Below, piece after piece: positions 27,594-39,700 of a DNA stretch of 64,000 nt. The translations under genes were made by a program, and so were the position numbers. Origin of the DNA: an uncultured Candidatus Saccharibacteria bacterium. Lineage in GTDB: Bacteria > Patescibacteriota > Minisyncoccia > Phycocordibacterales > UBA9973. The first letter of the stretch is position 1, and each line of letters opens with the position of its first letter. The notes below the pieces were generated by a model. The model did not search any database. It worked only from the letters and a program-made list of their open reading frames with translations, and was not told the origin of the DNA. Where the stretch lies: NCBI GenBank assembly GCA_964456475.1, contig CAYVZI010000007.1, positions 294 to 64,293 on the forward strand, read 5' to 3'.

Positions 27594-29298
27594 ACTATTT
27601 AGAACAATCAAAAAGAAAACATTATTGAAGCGGAATTATCACAATCCGATGATTGAACCCGATCAGATTTTTTTGGATTCAAAAAATTTGCCTGATTTTG
27701 ACACTCAGCAATTTGAGGGACAGATTGAGCGTCCTATCTCACGATGGTCAATGTTTGGTGTCGGTATCACATTTTGTTTGGTTGTGATTTTGTTTGCTGG
27801 GCGTTTGTGGTTTTTGCAGATCACACACGGAGAAACGTATACCAAAATGAGTCAGAATAATAGTCTTGCAAGTGAGCCGATTTTTGCTGCACGGGGGACT
27901 ATTTTTGACAGAAACGGTGTATCTCTTGCTTGGAACGACACCAAAACTGATCAATTCCCATGGGGCAAACGCACATACATTTCGCAGTCAGGTTTTTCTC
28001 ATGTGCTCGGTTATGTTCGATATCCGGCAAAGGATAAATCAGGAAATTATTGGCAAAAGGAAATAATCGGCCAAGACGGAATAGAAAAAAAATACAATAG
28101 TGACCTTTCGGGTAAGAACGGTTCGACGATTGTTGAGCGTGATATATCTGGAAAGGTTTCAAGTGGCAATATTGTAAATCCAGCAATTGCAGGAAAAAAT
28201 ATCACTCTTTCAATAGATTCTCGATTGCAAAATAAGTTGAACGAGCTATTGGCGGGGGCGGTACGGACTTCTGGATTTCGTAGTGCTTCAGGAGTCGTAA
28301 TGGATGTGCATACTGGTGAAGTAATCACACTCACGAACGTTCCGGAATACGACTCAAATATTATGTCATCTGGAAGTGATGTAAAGACGATTCGGATGTA
28401 TCTCACAAATTCAAATACTCCACTTATGAATCGTGCTGTGTCGGGTTTGTTTACTCCTGGATCTGATGTGAAGCCGTATGTTGGACTTGAAGCATTGCAA
28501 CAAGGGGTAATCGGTGAATGGACAAAGATTGAATCAAATAATTACATCACTATTCCGAATCCGTACTTTCCAGACAAGCCATCGATCTTTCGCGATTATT
28601 ACAAAAATAATGGCTGGGTAGATATTCGAGAGGCGCTCGAAGTTTCTTCAAACATTTATTTTATGGAGGTAACCGGTGGATACAAAAGTCAAAAAGGAAT
28701 AGGTATTGCTGGTATCCAAAAATCGTGGCTTCGTTTTGGTATTACACAAAAGACAGGTGTTGATTTGCCTCTTGAAAATACAGGTACGATTCCCGGCCCA
28801 GAATGGAAGGCAAAAAAATTCCCAGGCGAAACATGGAAGCTCGGAGATACATATAACACCTCTATCGGACAGTATGGTGTGCAGGTCACACCAATACAAA
28901 TCGTACGTGCAGTCGCTGGACTCGCAAGACGAGGAACATTGGTGAATCCTCATATTGTAAAAGATGTGCCGACAGTCGAGACAAAAATCACCGATGTTGA
29001 TGACAAAAATTACACGCCAATTCTTGAAGGTATGCACATGGCTGCAGTACACGGTACCACTCCAGGTATTACTCATGTTCCATTTAGTCTTGCTACAAAA
29101 TCTGGAACCGCTCAAGTGGGTCCAGGAGGGAAGAACGTGAATTCTTGGATGACTGGATTTTTTCCGTACGAGAATCCAAAATACGCCTTTGTAATCATGC
29201 TTGAAAATGGACCGGCTCCGGCGATTGGAACGGCGCATCGGGTGACTCGTGATTTTCTTGGTTGGGTTGGAATAAACGCTCCAGAATATGGTAAATAA
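27586..29298 (+). CDS. mrdA: Penicillin-binding protein 2
   Basis: ARGTIFDRNG, PGSDVK (SxxK), SSN, KSGTAQ. Confidence 0.9.
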   Translation: MNRLFRTIKKKTLLKRNYHNPMIEPDQIFLDSKNLPDFDTQQFEGQIERPISRWSMFGVGITFCLVVILFAGRLWFLQITHGETYTKMSQNNSLASEPIFAARGTIFDRNGVSLAWNDTKTDQFPWGKRTYISQSGFSHVLGYVRYPAKDKSGNYWQKEIIGQDGIEKKYNSDLSGKNGSTIVERDISGKVSSGNIVNPAIAGKNITLSIDSRLQNKLNELLAGAVRTSGFRSASGVVMDVHTGEVITLTNVPEYDSNIMSSGSDVKTIRMYLTNSNTPLMNRAVSGLFTPGSDVKPYVGLEALQQGVIGEWTKIESNNYITIPNPYFPDKPSIFRDYYKNNGWVDIREALEVSSNIYFMEVTGGYKSQKGIGIAGIQKSWLRFGITQKTGVDLPLENTGTIPGPEWKAKKFPGETWKLGDTYNTSIGQYGVQVTPIQIVRAVAGLARRGTLVNPHIVKDVPTVETKITDVDDKNYTPILEGMHMAAVHGTTPGITHVPFSLATKSGTAQVGPGGKNVNSWMTGFFPYENPKYAFVIMLENGPAPAIGTAHRVTRDFLGWVGINAPEYGK

Positions 29299-29340
29299 CA
29301 TTGCATTTTATGGCTAGTAGTGTATACTTTTGCAACTTAT

Positions 29341-29808
29341 ATGGATACACAAAAGCACTATATTTCTGAAGAAAAGAAGAAGGAGCTCGAGCGCGAGCTT
29401 ATAGAAATGCAGACAACAAAACGCAAGGAAATCCTTGAGGCTCTTGAATTTGCCAAGTCACTCGGTGATCTTTCTGAAAATGCAGAATATCATCAGGCCC
29501 GTGAAGAACAAGGCAAGCTCGAAGAACGCATTTCTTCAGTTGAAAATCTTCTCCAAAATTCAGCAATCATCAAATCTCACCACGGAACAAAAGTTGAAGT
29601 TGGAACGACTGTAGTTGTCCAAAAAGAAGGACAGAAAGAAAAACAAACATTCAAGATCGTTGGCTCAGAAGAGGCAGATTTTGCAAAAGGCATGATCTCA
29701 AACAATTCTCCGCTTGGTATGGCTTTGCAAGGCAAATCAAAAGGCGACACTGCAAAATTCAAGACTCCAAAAGGAATCATCGAGTACAAGATCATCAATA
29801 TTGAGTAA
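29341..29808 (+). CDS. greA: Transcription elongation factor GreA
   Basis: GDLSENAEYHQARE, ISNNSPLGMAL. Confidence 0.97.
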   Translation: MDTQKHYISEEKKKELERELIEMQTTKRKEILEALEFAKSLGDLSENAEYHQAREEQGKLEERISSVENLLQNSAIIKSHHGTKVEVGTTVVVQKEGQKEKQTFKIVGSEEADFAKGMISNNSPLGMALQGKSKGDTAKFKTPKGIIEYKIINIE

Positions 29809-29810
29809 TA

Positions 29811-29843
29811 CAAAATCCGCCTTCCTATAGAAGGCGGATTTTG
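29811..29843 (+). terminator. Terminator hairpin
   Basis: caaaatccgccttc-ctata-gaaggcggattttg. Confidence 0.75.
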
Positions 29844-29860
29844 CTATAGTATTTGAGCGT

Positions 29861-29891
29861 CTACTTACTACTATCTACTAACTACTTACTA
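29861..29891. repeat. Heptamer tandem array upstream of lysS
   Basis: ctactta-ctactat-ctactaa-ctactta; inverse partner at 31351-31381. Confidence 0.8.
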
Positions 29892-29895
29892 GCTC

Positions 29896-31353
29896 ATGGC
29901 CTCACTTGAAGAAATCAGACAATCACGTATTGAAAAAATAAATCGCCTTATTGAGGCGGGGATGGATCCGTATCCGGCTCGCGTTCCTCGCGATTATCCA
30001 CTCGTCAACGTCAAAGACGAATTTACCGCACTTGAGACCTCGGGCGAGACTCGTTCGATTACTGGACGTATTATGGCTATTCGCGGACAAGGAGCGATTC
30101 TCTTTGTAGTGCTCGATGATGGTACGGCAAAATTTCAAGTTGTATTCAAAAAAGATACACTCGACGAAAAAACATTTTCACTTTTTGAAACTACGGTAGA
30201 CATCGGAGATTTCATTTCAGTCACCGGTACATTCTTTACAACTCAACGCGGTGAACAATCGATGCTCGCAACTGGTTGGATGATGGCGACAAAATCACTT
30301 CTTCCACTTCCAGAAAAATGGCATGGTATCACTGATCCTGACGAACGCTTCCGTAAGCGCTATCTTGATATTGTGATGACCCCAGAACTTCGCGACATGT
30401 TTTATCTCAAAGCTAAATTTTGGGAATCAACGCGCAACTTTATGAAAGAACACGGCTTCATGGAAGTCGAGACTCCAACACTCGAACTCACGACTGGCGG
30501 TGCGGAAGCCAATCCATTCAAGACTCACCACAAGGATTTCGACATTCCGGTATATCTTCGTATTTCAATTGGAGAACTCTGGCAGAAGCGTCTTATGGCA
30601 GCTGGATTTCCAAAGACGTTTGAAATTGGTCGCGCGTACCGCAACGAAGGCACGAGTCCTGATCATTTGCAGGAATTCACCAATATGGAATTCTATTGGG
30701 CATACGCTGATTACAACGACGGCATGAAGCTCACACAAATGATGTATCAAAAGATTGCGACTGAAGTATTCGGCAAAACTGAGTTCACTACACGCGGACA
30801 CACATTTGATCTCGCGGGTGAGTGGCTTGTTGTGGAATATGTGGGTGAAATTTTGAAGCAGACTGGCATCGATGTGCTTACTGCAACTGAAGCTGATATG
30901 AAAGCTAAGCTCGATGAACTCCATGTGAAATATGAAGGTGCGAATCGTGAACGACTCACTGACACACTCTGGAAATATTGCCGAAAGAATATTGCTGGTC
31001 CGGCTTTTCTCGTGCATCATCCAAAGCTTGTTTCTCCGCTCGCAAAGGAATCAAAGGAGCGTCCAGGCACCGTCGAACGTTTTCAGATTTTGATTGCAGG
31101 ATCAGAGGTAGGGAATGGATTCTCAGAACTCAACGATCCAATCGATCAACGCGCCCGTTTTGAACTCCAACAAAAACTCATTGAAGACGGCGACGACGAG
31201 GCGATGATGCCAGAATGGGAATTCGTCGACATGCTTGAACACGGCATGCCACCAACCTGCGGATTCGGATTTGGAGAAAGACTATTTGCATTTATGGTGG
31301 ACAAACCAATTCGCGAGACACAACTCTTTCCGCTCATGAGACCGCACAACTAG
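29896..31353 (+). CDS. lysS: Lysine--tRNA ligase (class II)
   Basis: PLPEKWHG, EVETP, GGAEANPF, YRNEG, ELNDP, GMPPTCG. Confidence 0.98.
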   Translation: MASLEEIRQSRIEKINRLIEAGMDPYPARVPRDYPLVNVKDEFTALETSGETRSITGRIMAIRGQGAILFVVLDDGTAKFQVVFKKDTLDEKTFSLFETTVDIGDFISVTGTFFTTQRGEQSMLATGWMMATKSLLPLPEKWHGITDPDERFRKRYLDIVMTPELRDMFYLKAKFWESTRNFMKEHGFMEVETPTLELTTGGAEANPFKTHHKDFDIPVYLRISIGELWQKRLMAAGFPKTFEIGRAYRNEGTSPDHLQEFTNMEFYWAYADYNDGMKLTQMMYQKIATEVFGKTEFTTRGHTFDLAGEWLVVEYVGEILKQTGIDVLTATEADMKAKLDELHVKYEGANRERLTDTLWKYCRKNIAGPAFLVHHPKLVSPLAKESKERPGTVERFQILIAGSEVGNGFSELNDPIDQRARFELQQKLIEDGDDEAMMPEWEFVDMLEHGMPPTCGFGFGERLFAFMVDKPIRETQLFPLMRPHN

Positions 31354-31381
31354 TTAGTAGTAAGTAGATAGTAGTTAGTAG
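31351..31381. repeat. Heptamer tandem array downstream of lysS
   Basis: tagttagtagtaagtagatagtagttagtag. Confidence 0.8.
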
Positions 31382-31443
31382 AAATACAAAATACGCAAAA
31401 GAAAAACCGTCCTGGGGGACGGTTTTTTTATAATTTAAGATAG

Positions 31444-31626
31444 TTAGGCAAGTAGTGCCTCTGCGAGTGATTTTGGCGGTCCGATAAATTCTGAGCGGAT
31501 AGCCTCTGTTACTTTACCAATATTGATTTTAATTAACTTTAGTGTAGTTTTACCCTCTTGTTCTGATTGAACAATCTGGAAAAAACCGGTTGTCTCTTCG
31601 TTGTTCTGAGTAGCGTTATTTTCCAT
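31444..31626 (-). CDS. Small hypothetical protein (orphan cassette)
   Basis: TTGACA..TATACT promoter on the minus strand; shared terminator 31401-31430. Confidence 0.55.
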   Translation of the reverse strand: MENNATQNNEETTGFFQIVQSEQEGKTTLKLIKINIGKVTEAIRSEFIGPPKSLAEALLA

Positions 31627-31723
31627 AAAGTGCGTTTTTATTAAATATAGTATACAACCGATACATTTTGGTGTCAAAGGCAATTTTGGGTCAAAAAGTT
31701 TTCCCCCTTTTTAACTTTGCTAT

Positions 31724-31770
31724 GTGGGACAGAGTGGAGTAAAATAGATAGTAAGTGGGGAAGAGTGGGG
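31724..31770 (+). promoter_or_regulatory. MraZ-binding repeats
   Basis: GTGG boxes at 31724, 31734, 31755 and 31765 upstream of mraZ. Confidence 0.7.
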
Positions 31771-31817
31771 CGAGAAATTTCCTCGAAATTTCTCGCCGAA
31801 ACACCACAAAAAACAAT

Positions 31818-32252
31818 ATGTTAATCGGCGAATACATCCATTCCATAGACGACAAAAACCGGGTGAACTTGCCTGTGCGCTTTAAGAGTGAGTTGGGAAA
31901 GAAGGTGGTGCTTGCTCCAGGACTCGATGGTGCAATCTTTATGTTCAGTGCGAGTGAATGGGAAAAGATTTCGAATCGTCTTGCAGAGAACTCAATGCTC
32001 ACTGCTGACAACCGAAGCTTCAACCGTTTTATGTTTGGAGGTGCACAAGAAGTGGAAGTGGATAGTGCAGGACGTATCCTCATTCCAGACTTTTTGAAGG
32101 GCCGTGCAAAGCTTTCTGGAAAGATTGCGATTATCGGCGTACAGAACCGTGCAGAAATCTGGAACGAGAAAGCATGGGCAAAGTACAAGGCAGGAGTCGA
32201 AACGCAAGCAGAAACGCTTGCAGAAAAATTGGGTAACGTAGGAGCTTTGTAA
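31818..32252 (+). CDS. mraZ: Transcriptional regulator MraZ
   Basis: GEYIHSIDDKNRVNLP, DSAGRILIP. Confidence 0.97.
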   Translation: MLIGEYIHSIDDKNRVNLPVRFKSELGKKVVLAPGLDGAIFMFSASEWEKISNRLAENSMLTADNRSFNRFMFGGAQEVEVDSAGRILIPDFLKGRAKLSGKIAIIGVQNRAEIWNEKAWAKYKAGVETQAETLAEKLGNVGAL

Positions 32253-32253
32253 T

Positions 32254-33156
32254 ATGGAACACGTTCCCGTTCTTTTACAAGAAAGTATAGAAGGTCTCAA
32301 CTTGAAAAAGGGAGATGTGATCGTTGATGCGACGCTCGGTGCAGGTGGTCATTCATCTGCGATTGCAAAAGTTCTCGATGGTGAGGTTGCGATTGTAGGT
32401 TTTGATCTTGATCAAGATGCACTCGATATTGCAAAAAAGACGGTTGGTGCAACAGGAACACAATTCATTCCCATTCATGCGAATTTCAGAACTATGGAAT
32501 CCGCATTACGTGAGAAGGGAATTACAAAGGTGCAGGGTGTGTTGTTTGATCTTGGAATCTCTTCAATGGAGATTGGAGAGTCAGGTAGGGGATTTTCATT
32601 CAAGTATGATGAACCACTCCTCATGACCCTTCAGAATCCAATCGAGAGTGATACGCTGACCGCTCGTGATGTAGTCAATTCGACTCGAGAAGAAGAATTG
32701 GCCAACATCATCTACGAGTACGGCGAAGAACGTTTCTCTCGAATGATTGCAAAGGCAATCGTGGAAGCGAGACGAAAGCAAAAGATCGAAACAACAGCAC
32801 AATTGGTTGAAGTCATCACGAACGCAGTCCCCCCATTCTATCGAAAAGGCAAAATCAATCCAGCAACGAAAACATTTCAGGCCTTGCGAATATATGTGAA
32901 TGACGAGCTTGGTGCAGTAAAGGAAGGTCTAAGTGGTGCATGGAATGTACTATCGCCAGGAGGAAGAATCGCAGTCATTACGTTTCATTCGCTCGAAGAC
33001 CGCATCGTCAAAAATTATTTTAAAGAATTACCAAAAGAGGAAGCAGTTATTATTACAAAAAAACCAATTGCACCAAGTCGTACGGAAATAGTCGAAAATC
33101 CACGATCTCGAAGTGCAAAATTACGAATTGTTCAGAAAGTAGAAAATAGTAAGTAG
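32254..33156 (+). CDS. rsmH: 16S rRNA m4C1402 methyltransferase
   Basis: HVPVLL, DATLGAGGHS, FQALRIYVN, NPRSRSAKLR. Confidence 0.98.
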   Translation: MEHVPVLLQESIEGLNLKKGDVIVDATLGAGGHSSAIAKVLDGEVAIVGFDLDQDALDIAKKTVGATGTQFIPIHANFRTMESALREKGITKVQGVLFDLGISSMEIGESGRGFSFKYDEPLLMTLQNPIESDTLTARDVVNSTREEELANIIYEYGEERFSRMIAKAIVEARRKQKIETTAQLVEVITNAVPPFYRKGKINPATKTFQALRIYVNDELGAVKEGLSGAWNVLSPGGRIAVITFHSLEDRIVKNYFKELPKEEAVIITKKPIAPSRTEIVENPRSRSAKLRIVQKVENSK

Positions 33157-33219
33157 AAAATAGAAATCTAAACACAAAAGAATTTACTACACCCTTATCC
33201 CTTAACCCTACTCCCTAAT

Positions 33220-33555
33220 ATGCAAACAAAAATTGAACAATTTCAAACATTCGCTTTTCCAAATCAAGATAGAGTACGCACCGTTGTACTCGCTGGAATT
33301 GCAGTCTTGGCGCTTTTTGTAAGCATGTATGTGTATGTTGTGGGTAAAATAGTGTTTGATGTAGTCGCACAGCGAGGAGCTGAGTCTTCGATTCGAGCAT
33401 CACAAAGCGCTATTAGTTCGCTCGAAGCAGATTATTATGTAAAAATACAATCAGTCACCCTAGCAGATGCAGGGCAAGTCGGTTTGTCAGAATCGCGCGA
33501 TACACTATTTGCAAGTCGATCTGATTTTAATGCGACTGCATTTTTATCAAACTAA
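33220..33555 (+). CDS. FtsL-like protein
   Basis: TM plus coiled coil, between rsmH and ftsI. Confidence 0.65.
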   Translation: MQTKIEQFQTFAFPNQDRVRTVVLAGIAVLALFVSMYVYVVGKIVFDVVAQRGAESSIRASQSAISSLEADYYVKIQSVTLADAGQVGLSESRDTLFASRSDFNATAFLSN

Positions 33556-33573
33556 TGTACGATATATAGTGCC

Positions 33574-35307
33574 ATGAAAAATAATTCCCATCAGCGAATT
33601 ATATATGTACTTGGCGCACTTGTTATTCTTGCCATATTTATTATTGGCAAGCTTTTTTTTATTCAGATTATTCAAGGAAAATCTTTTGCAGAAAAGGCAA
33701 ATCATCAGTATTCACCAACGACCATTGGGCGTTTTGATAGAGGAAGAATTTTTGCAACCACAAAAGATGGCAGTCTTACTGAGATTGCTGGTGTTTCTCA
33801 GGGGTTTAAACTTGCGATAGTTCCAGGTCAAATTCTCGATAAAGAAGCCGTGTATCTTGCTTTGAATGAGATTGTGCCAATTGACTACAAAATCTTTATG
33901 GCTCGCGCAGCAAAGACGAACGACCCATATGAGGAAATTGCTACACGTATTTCAAAAGAGGATGCAGATGCCATACAAAAAAAGGATATTGAAGGAGTAA
34001 CACTTTTTACTGACAGTTGGCGTACGTATCCTGGTGGTACTCTTGCTGCAAAAGCCATCGGATTTTTGGGTTATAAAGGTGACTTGCTTACAGGAAGATA
34101 CGGAATTGAACGTCAGTACAATGACGTATTGAATCGCACAAAAACAAGTCTCTATACAAATTTCTTTGCGGAAATTTTTGATACAGTGAAGGGCACTTTC
34201 AGTAATACAAGCGCTGAGGGTGATGTGGTTACTTCGCTTGAACCTACCGTACAAACATACTTGGAAAAAAACTTGTATGAGGTTATGCAAAAATTCAATG
34301 CCGATAGTGCGGGAGCAATCGTTATGGACCCCCATACCGGAAGTATTATCGCTCTAGCTGGCTTTCCGACATTTGATCCAAATTTCTACGGTAAAGCAAA
34401 TTCGGTTTCGGATTACGGTAATCCAATCGTAGAGGGAGCATTTGAATTGGGTTCAATTGTAAAGGCACTCACCATGGCAGCTGGACTTGATGCTCAAGTG
34501 GTAACAGCTGAAACAAAATATACAGACAAAGGCTTTCTCATTCTCGACAAATCACGAATCAACAACTTTGACTTGAAAGGGCGAGGATATATCACGATGC
34601 AGGAGGTGTTGAACGAGTCACTCAATACGGGTGCCGTGTTTGTAGAACAGAAGCTCGGCAAGGAACGATTCCGAGATTATTTTTACAAGTTTGGTTTTAA
34701 CGAAAAAACCGGTGTTGATTTGCCAGGAGAGGTTCCTGGTTTGATTGCAAACCTAAAAAGTCCCCGAGAGATCGAGTATGCCACTGCATCTTTTGGTCAG
34801 GGTATTGCACTTACCCCAATATCAGCTATCAAGGCATTTTCTGCGCTCGCAAATTTTGGCGTCCCAGTGACACCTCATATTGCGCGTGAGATACAGTACC
34901 CAGAAGGCACGTCCAAGAAAATAAATCCTGACGTGTTGCCACGTGCGATCACTCCTGAGGCGTCACATGCAATTACGGAGATGCTTGTGGCTGTGTATGA
35001 TCAAGCGGCTTTGCCGGGAAGAACAAAGGATTTGCCATGGAGCATCGCGGCAAAAACAGGAACTGCCCAAATTGCAAACCCGAATGGGGGAGGGTATTAT
35101 AGTGACCAGTACCTGCATAGTATTGCAGGGTATTATCCGGCATATGACCCAAAGTTTGTGACGTTGATGTTTTTGGTGAATCCAAAGAATGTGAAATATT
35201 CTGGTTCAACAGTAACGTACACATTTTTTGATGTAGCAAAATTCTTGCTGAATTATTATCAAATCCCGCCAGATCGCGAGCAGAGGAATACAATCAAGCC
35301 CCACTAA
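33574..35307 (+). CDS. ftsI: Peptidoglycan D,D-transpeptidase FtsI family
   Basis: GSIVK, SLN, KTGTAQ, dcw position. Confidence 0.9.
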   Translation: MKNNSHQRIIYVLGALVILAIFIIGKLFFIQIIQGKSFAEKANHQYSPTTIGRFDRGRIFATTKDGSLTEIAGVSQGFKLAIVPGQILDKEAVYLALNEIVPIDYKIFMARAAKTNDPYEEIATRISKEDADAIQKKDIEGVTLFTDSWRTYPGGTLAAKAIGFLGYKGDLLTGRYGIERQYNDVLNRTKTSLYTNFFAEIFDTVKGTFSNTSAEGDVVTSLEPTVQTYLEKNLYEVMQKFNADSAGAIVMDPHTGSIIALAGFPTFDPNFYGKANSVSDYGNPIVEGAFELGSIVKALTMAAGLDAQVVTAETKYTDKGFLILDKSRINNFDLKGRGYITMQEVLNESLNTGAVFVEQKLGKERFRDYFYKFGFNEKTGVDLPGEVPGLIANLKSPREIEYATASFGQGIALTPISAIKAFSALANFGVPVTPHIAREIQYPEGTSKKINPDVLPRAITPEASHAITEMLVAVYDQAALPGRTKDLPWSIAAKTGTAQIANPNGGGYYSDQYLHSIAGYYPAYDPKFVTLMFLVNPKNVKYSGSTVTYTFFDVAKFLLNYYQIPPDREQRNTIKPH

Positions 35308-35343
35308 TTCTCGAGATCATTAAAACAATTAACCAATTAACCA

Positions 35344-36645
35344 ATGAGACAACTACTAAAGAAAATTATCACCTGGAAGCTCACCTTGATTGCGCGGGCG
35401 ATTCTGTGGCGTCATAAGCCATATGTTATTGCAATTACAGGGAGCGTTGGAAAGACTTCTACAAAAGACGCGATTTACACCGTGCTCAAGTCGAGCGGGA
35501 GTGTTCGTTGTAGTGAAAAAAGTTTCAATAGTGAGCTCGGAGTTCCATTGTCCATTATTGGAGCACAGAGTGGTTGGAATAATATGCTCTCATGGATTGA
35601 GGTTATATTTCTCGGACTGAAACAAATTGTAAGTCCTCGCGGAAGTTATCCCAAGACTTTGGTATTAGAAGTTGGCGCTGACAGACCTGGAGATATCAGT
35701 ACGATAGCAAAATGGCTCAAACCCAATATCGTGGTTATTACGCGATTGCCTGATGTTCCTGTACATATCGAATTTTTTCCAACACTCCAATCACTCATTG
35801 ATGAAAAAATTTCTCTCGCACGATATTTGCGCAAGGAAGGCACGCTGGTGCTGAATGCTGACGATGCCCGAGTGCTTGAAGCAAAAGAAATAATTCATGC
35901 ACGAACAATAACATACGGTACAAACCCGATAGCAAATATACGAGCCTCAAATGTGCAATTACTTGCCCCATCTGATTTGGGGAGTGGAGGACTTGCCTTC
36001 AAGCTCGAATTTGAAGGCAAAATTTTGCCCGTACTCTTGCCGAATATTTATGCAGAAAGTTTTTTGTCGGTCGCTCTTGCATCACTTGCTGTTGCCCATG
36101 TCATGAATCAGAACATGGTCACAGCGATTAATGATATTGGCACCTACAAAACACCACCTGGACGAGTGCATCTTATTGCGGGTACTGGAGACACAGTGCT
36201 GATTGATGATACCTATAATTCTTCTCCCGCTGCGTGTGAAGCTGGATTAAAAATGCTTCACGGCATTCCATTTGGAAATCGAAAAATTGCCATAATTGGT
36301 GATATGCTCGAACTCGGGAAACATACAATTGATGCTCATCGTGCAATCGGAAAAATTGCAAAAGAGTCTGCAACTATTCTTATAACCGTAGGTCTTCGTG
36401 CAAAAGAATGTGCAAATGGAGCTCGGGAATCTGGTATGAATGATAAGAAGATTTTTGAAACGGACAATGCTGTTGCAGCCGCAGAATGCATGAGAAGTAT
36501 GATCAAAAAAGGTGACATTATTTATATAAAAGGAAGTCAGGGAATGCGTATGGAACGTACAGTTAAAGAGCTGATGGCATATCCAGATCAAGCACATGAT
36601 TTGCTTGTTAGACAAGACGATAAATGGACAAAACCACACGCATAA
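35344..36645 (+). CDS. murF: UDP-MurNAc-tripeptide--D-Ala-D-Ala ligase
   Basis: ITGSVGKTSTK, DDTYNSSP, GDMLELG, KGSQ. Confidence 0.93.
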   Translation: MRQLLKKIITWKLTLIARAILWRHKPYVIAITGSVGKTSTKDAIYTVLKSSGSVRCSEKSFNSELGVPLSIIGAQSGWNNMLSWIEVIFLGLKQIVSPRGSYPKTLVLEVGADRPGDISTIAKWLKPNIVVITRLPDVPVHIEFFPTLQSLIDEKISLARYLRKEGTLVLNADDARVLEAKEIIHARTITYGTNPIANIRASNVQLLAPSDLGSGGLAFKLEFEGKILPVLLPNIYAESFLSVALASLAVAHVMNQNMVTAINDIGTYKTPPGRVHLIAGTGDTVLIDDTYNSSPAACEAGLKMLHGIPFGNRKIAIIGDMLELGKHTIDAHRAIGKIAKESATILITVGLRAKECANGARESGMNDKKIFETDNAVAAAECMRSMIKKGDIIYIKGSQGMRMERTVKELMAYPDQAHDLLVRQDDKWTKPHA

Positions 36646-36793
36646 TTTTGTAGTGTGACACATGACGATTTATTTGATTTGAATTCACAGAATTATTCTA
36701 TAATGAGGTGCTTTTGCATGATATACTATGAGAGTATTTTGCACTTCATTGATGATAAAAAAAGCCTTGCGTTATATAGATATAATAAAGAGT

Positions 36794-39700
36794 ATGGTAA
36801 ACAAAAAAAGTTTGCCGTCTTCGCGTTCTTTTTTTCCTAAACAATCTAATGTTCTTAATCTAAAAAAGAAATCGCCCATTATTGAAATCCATATTCCCGT
36901 ATTGAAAGATTTTTATTTTGAGCACAAGAATACAATTCTCAAATTTGTTTCATTTGTTGTTTGTCTTAGTATTTTGACATCATTCTTTCGAGTCAATGCA
37001 TCAACGGCAGTATTCTATCCAGAGAATTGTTTGGGTGGATGGCAACACACAAAAAATGCTCAGGGCAAGCCGAGTCTTGAAGAAGATGCACCTGCAGAAA
37101 AATTTACAATTCAAAACTCTGCAGTTCTTGGAAACTCGTCTGCTCAAATATTTTGTGGTGCTTTCGTCGGAGAAATTCCAGAAGATACAATGCCGAAGAA
37201 ATTTTTGCTTTCGTTGCGTTGGTCTGTGGATGATGGATCTGTAGTTCACCAGAATGAAACAGATATTGGGTCACCATTTGGTAGCGCAGAAAAAGTTCCT
37301 TCGTCTATTCCGGAATCAAACGCAGAAAATACTGTATCCGAACATACTACAGTTCCTACCACTGATACTGTTCCCCCAGAGGATGCAAGTGTGATTACTA
37401 TTACGCCTTCAGAATCTCAAGATGCATCATCGACATCTGAGCCCACACCTACAACTGACGGAGATCAGTCATTCCTCGATTATTTTTCACCGACAAAAGT
37501 ACATGCTGAAGATACACAATCTGACTCTGCTTCTATTCAAACGGAACAACCAGCAGTATTAGAAAATACCACAAGCACACCTTTGCAAGAAACAAACATT
37601 GTTTCGAATGATACGCCTGTCGATTCTAGTACAACTGTAGAAACAGAGTCACAATCGGAAGAAATTCAAAACAATACTAGTCTCGAAGTTTTGTCTACGC
37701 CAGAAGACGATGGAGCATTTGCTAAAGTGTCCTACACTCTTGATGGTGTCGCATGGAATACTTTGGGTAAAGTAAGTGTCGCTAACTGGAAACAGTCCAC
37801 GTTTGATATTCCACTTGGTACATGGACTGATATCTCGAAACTCCAGGTTTCGATTGATACAATTGTAAGTTATGACAAACAGCCGGTGGTGTATCTCGAT
37901 GCAATGGAGATATCTGTTGAATACGAAGAGGGAAAAATCTTTCAAAAGCCAACAGTGACGATAAAAAATGGTGATGCCCAAGTACTCGAAGGAGATACTG
38001 ATTTTTCTTCAGGCGAGGCACCGATGTTTGCTGTTGTTGACCCGAATCTTTCTCGAAGAGAACTCGCTGATTTGGTAAAGGATAAAAAAGCAGAAGTTGT
38101 TCAAGATTCAGACAAAGTTCTTTCTCCAGAACCTGAAAAGCAAGAAATTGTTCAAACAGAAACTTCAAATTCTAATACGCTTCTTGATGGTATTAAAAAT
38201 GTATTTTCTAGAGATGTTGAAAACGATACACCAAAAGAAAATAATACAGATACACAAACATCACAACCAGATCCTGTAGTAGATACTATTCCTGCTTCAG
38301 AAAGTACAAGAGAAGGTGAACAAACAGCTCCAGTCGAGGTTATTGAAGGTGCTCCTACAGAAGAGGCCGTTACTGCTCCAGAAAATCCACCAGCTGAAAC
38401 TCCAACACCGAGCGATCCTGTTGTCGCTATCTCTCAATTTTTCAAAAAGACGACTGTGTCAAAAATTGCCAGCCGTCCGCGTACATCATTGCCAAAACGA
38501 ACAGAAAATGAAAATACCCATTTATCACTTTTTGCACCGCTTGTAGCCTATGCCGAAGATATATCAGCCCGCACACCAAAAATTACCAATGCACGCGTGC
38601 TTGATTACAACGGCAACCCAACCACGATAAAAACCAAGGTTCAAACTGTCACAATCGACGGAGAGAGTCGTGACGGTGTGAGTATCGAAAAGCAGGAACG
38701 TCATTTCCGTGCAGGGCGCTATACACTCGAAGTTACCGTTGAGACCGCTACTGCAATTATTATTTCCCAACAAGATTTTACTTGGGGGGTGCTTGCAGTG
38801 AACGTAGACAAGAGTGTCTACTCTGCGGGAGATACAGCATTCCTTCAGATGGGAGTGCTTGATGACAAAGGAAATACACTCTGTGATGCACCACTTGAAC
38901 TTTCGATAAAAAGTCCTTCTGGTGCTGTGCAGCATTTTAGAACGACCGATGATACAATTCTACAAAGTAAAAAATGTGCACGAAATAATGTTGTAGAAGT
39001 CGCCGATTATTATGCTCACTATCCAATTCCTGGCGAGCCCGGTACATATATCATTCGATTGACTGCACACACCGACAACGGTACGCGTACTATTCGAGAT
39101 GTGTTTGTTGTAGGTAGTCCGGACTTTGATGTTTCCCGTGCTGCCCCAACTCGTATTTATCCATTCAGTAAATACGATTATCCAATGACGATTCGTATTA
39201 CTCCGAAGCATGATTGGTCCGGTACTGTCGTCGAAACGATTCCCGCTGGCTTTGTTATGTCTCAGCCAAAAAGTAGCCAAAAGTACGATACGCTTAAATC
39301 TACCGATGAACTCACCACTCTTACATGGGATGTTGATTTGAAAGCGGGTGAAGAAACTGTGCTCGGATATCTATTTAAGGGTCCAGAAGTGAGTCCCGAG
39401 TTTTTCTTGGTTGGACCACTCGAATTTTTTGATAAGGGCGCAGATCCCATTACTGCAATACCAGCATTCAAAGAATCTCGTTCATGGCAGATTGCAGATG
39501 ATGCAACGTGTACCGCTGCAGCGAACGGTCCTTGGAATACTTCTGGCACATGGAGTTGTGGAAACGTACCAACTTCATCAGACTCAGTTGTGATCAACGC
39601 CGGTGTTACTGTCACGATGGATGTGAATTCGGCGTCAGTGCTTGGCGTAACAATCAATGGAACACTCGATACTATTACAAGTGGAACGAGTTATTCACTT

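Noticed and set aside
29861-29891. Short repeat arrays as CRISPR
   Set aside because: 7-bp period, no spacers, no cas genes
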